Shown here: in pieces, positions 43,208 to 44,762 of the stretch
Layout: each line of letters opens with the position of its first letter
Numbering within the stretch: the first letter of the stretch is position 1
From: Dehalococcoidales bacterium
Lineage (GTDB): Bacteria; Chloroflexota; Dehalococcoidia; Dehalococcoidales; UBA3254
Length of the DNA: 44,762 bases
Assembly: GCA_034429955.1 (NCBI GenBank)
Contig: DAOUFH010000147.1
Location: 1 to 44,762, forward strand
Reading direction: 5' to 3'
Program-made: the position numbers and the translations under genes
Notes under the pieces: model-generated
Databases searched by the model: none
What the model saw: the letters and a program-made list of their open reading frames with translations, nothing else
What the model was told of the DNA's origin: nothing

Positions 43208-43254
43208 TTGTCAGGCTGGAGGAGGCGTCAGCCGACGAAGCATCCGGGGTGGGG
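43208..43254 (+). repeat. Intergenic repeat, 'GAAGCATCCGG' module
   Basis: ttgtcaggctggaggaggcgtcagccgacgaagcatccggggtgggg. Confidence 0.55.
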
Positions 43255-43418
43255 ATTCACGAACGACGAAAAACGAATAACTAAATATGTACTATTGCCA
43301 AGCGGCCCGCTTTCTGCTATTCTTGTTTCAGATAACGGAAAACCGATTAAATATATGATAGTATACTGCCGACAGTCCTCTTCAATTGACCCCCATAGTG
43401 CCCCTGCGTGAGGTTGAT

Positions 43419-43961
43419 ATGTATCTTTGTCCCGATTGCATCAGCGTTGATGGCGGCTGCTGTTGTGATATCTTTACTGAGGACTGGAAAATTATACTGC
43501 TTCCTTCAGAAATCGAGCGTCTATCTACAATCAGCGGACTGCCCCAGTCCCGCTTTGTTAATGATGAGCCCCTGAGTAAATCTCAGCGGAAGCTTTATAC
43601 CACCGGCGGTGCGCTATATGATCCTCTCTGGGCGGAGTTGATGTCGCTTTGGCCCCGGCCGACCGGCATCAAACACCATTGTCCCTTTTTGATTGCCAAA
43701 GGCTGCATCCTGCCCTATCATGCCAAGCCTTTTATCTGTCAGGTCTTTCCTCTGGATTTCAGCATTACTTCCGGTCTGATCAGTGTGCCTGAGAATAGCC
43801 GCTGCGAAGTGGTACATCAGTTGAAAACGCTGGAAGGGATAGTGGCTTATTTCAAGGATGATTGTGGAGCCCTGCAGCAAGCTTTTGCTGAATATCGCCG
43901 GGAGTTTATCCAGCTCTTACAAGCGGTGAAAAATCACTGCATTGCAGCCCGTACGCTTTGA
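43419..43961 (+). CDS. YkgJ-family (UPF0153) cysteine-cluster protein
   Basis: MYLCPDCISVDGGCCC... plus ..HHCPFL..GCILPY..KPFICQVFP... ATG 43419 follows GAGG. Confidence 0.7.
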   Translation: MYLCPDCISVDGGCCCDIFTEDWKIILLPSEIERLSTISGLPQSRFVNDEPLSKSQRKLYTTGGALYDPLWAELMSLWPRPTGIKHHCPFLIAKGCILPYHAKPFICQVFPLDFSITSGLISVPENSRCEVVHQLKTLEGIVAYFKDDCGALQQAFAEYRREFIQLLQAVKNHCIAARTL

Positions 43962-44107
43962 TTTCCCCTTACAGGGAGCATTCAGTATTAATTTACCCTG
44001 CCAAAACCACTGCTCAATGTGGTACAATAAAAACTGTTTGCGAAATCTAATACAGTATAGGGAGGCTGAAGAGTCATTTCTTCGAAAAACATAAGCTGCT
44101 GGTCTGG

Positions 44108-44212
44108 TTAGTTTTCGTTGCTGCTGTACTGGTGGTAAGCCAAGACACGTTTCCACTGTCCTTTACTCTTTCCGGGATCGGGACTCTCAAAAAAGCTCTT
44201 TTTGAGTAGCAT
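44108..44212 (-). CDS. Possible 34-aa small ORF
   Basis: The ATG at 44212 is preceded by AGGAGGAGG with a spacer of about 11 nt. There is no other support. Confidence 0.2.
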   Translation of the reverse strand: MLLKKSFFESPDPGKSKGQWKRVLAYHQYSSNEN

Positions 44213-44381
44213 TGTGCCTGTTTCCTCCTCCTGACTCACCTCTGAGGCAGCTTGCCTGAAAAGGGATGCGGTGTATATCCGGTCAAAATATTTATCAGGA
44301 TAATAAGACAGCTTTTGTTTGTCAGTGGCCAAATCTGTATTTTCGCCGAAAACAGATAAGAAAGGAATACGACGAGCAATT

Positions 44382-44762
44382 ATGAAAGATTGGATAGCGA
44401 AGCGGGCTAAATATGTCTATCAGAGCTATCGGCGCTCAGAATTCGCCTTCGGTGTTTCGATTTCGATAGTGGTAGGACTGACCACCGGTCTGGGAGCGGT
44501 AGCTTTCCGCTGGTTGATAGGTTTCTTTCAAAATATCTTTTTTGATGGCGGCGCCAAAGCTTTCAGCTTCATGGGTCATTACTATGTTATCCTGCTGCCG
44601 GCTATCGGCGGTGTCCTTATCTGGTTATTGATCCGCTATACCAATTCAACTGAAGCCAAAGGACATGGAGTTCCGGAAGTAATGGCGGCGGTAGCCACCC
44701 GCGGAGGGCGTATCCGGGCCAGAATCGCCATGGTAAAAACGCTGGCTTCCTCGATCTGTATC
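44382..44762 (+). CDS. ClC-family chloride channel/antiporter, N-terminal part; runs off the window edge
   Basis: My own translation is MKDWIAKRAKYVY...GLTTGLGAVAFRWLI...AKGHGVPEVMAAV...VKTLASSICI. The GxGVPEV selectivity-filter region is present. Confidence 0.8.
   Translation, partial: MKDWIAKRAKYVYQSYRRSEFAFGVSISIVVGLTTGLGAVAFRWLIGFFQNIFFDGGAKAFSFMGHYYVILLPAIGGVLIWLLIRYTNSTEAKGHGVPEVMAAVATRGGRIRARIAMVKTLASSICI

Noticed and set aside
43190-43411. 73-aa plus-strand ORF upstream of the YkgJ gene
   Set aside because: It spans the intergenic repeat copy (43208-43254), has no RBS and has Arg/Trp-rich composition. It is likely fortuitous.

Overview
This 44.8-kb bacterial chromosomal window has moderate GC content and encodes CCA on its tRNAs. 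The gene content suggests an anaerobe, possibly Chloroflexota- or Firmicutes-like, but that taxonomic guess is weak. The backbone is housekeeping: rplI-dnaB-dnaD-like-dnaC-like replication operon, class I/II aminotransferase, pyrF, folC, membrane pyrophosphatase hppA, an OmpR/histidine-kinase pair, argC, purF, tRNA-Arg(CCT) and tRNA-Ile(GAT). Four accessory patches interrupt it. (1) A visibly AT-rich island between argC and a molybdopterin enzyme gene (about 21.86-25.9 kb) carries a GATC-type restriction-modification set. It has a DpnA-like methyltransferase, a DpnII/MboI-family endonuclease and an extra MutH/Sau3AI-like protein. It also has an IS1595-type zinc-ribbon/HTH fragment translationally coupled to an unknown 134-aa ORF. 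(2) A cytoplasmic acetylene-hydratase-like Mo/W-bisPGD enzyme sits with a minimal two-cluster ferredoxin and a Rob-like AraC regulator. (3) A 1.45-kb integrase-less islet at tRNA-Ile is bounded by a 60-bp direct repeat of the tRNA 3' half and carries orphan higA and a Vat-type streptogramin acetyltransferase. (4) A LuxE-like/LuxC-like pair (carboxylate activation and reduction) has no luciferase or luxD nearby. It is bracketed by two divergent URO-D-family paralogs and a decayed yefM-yoeB module. I consider this fourth patch the best candidate for an undescribed system. A mosaic short repeat family recurs in many intergenic regions. All calls come from by-eye reading of the ORF translations and the DNA. 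No database search was run.
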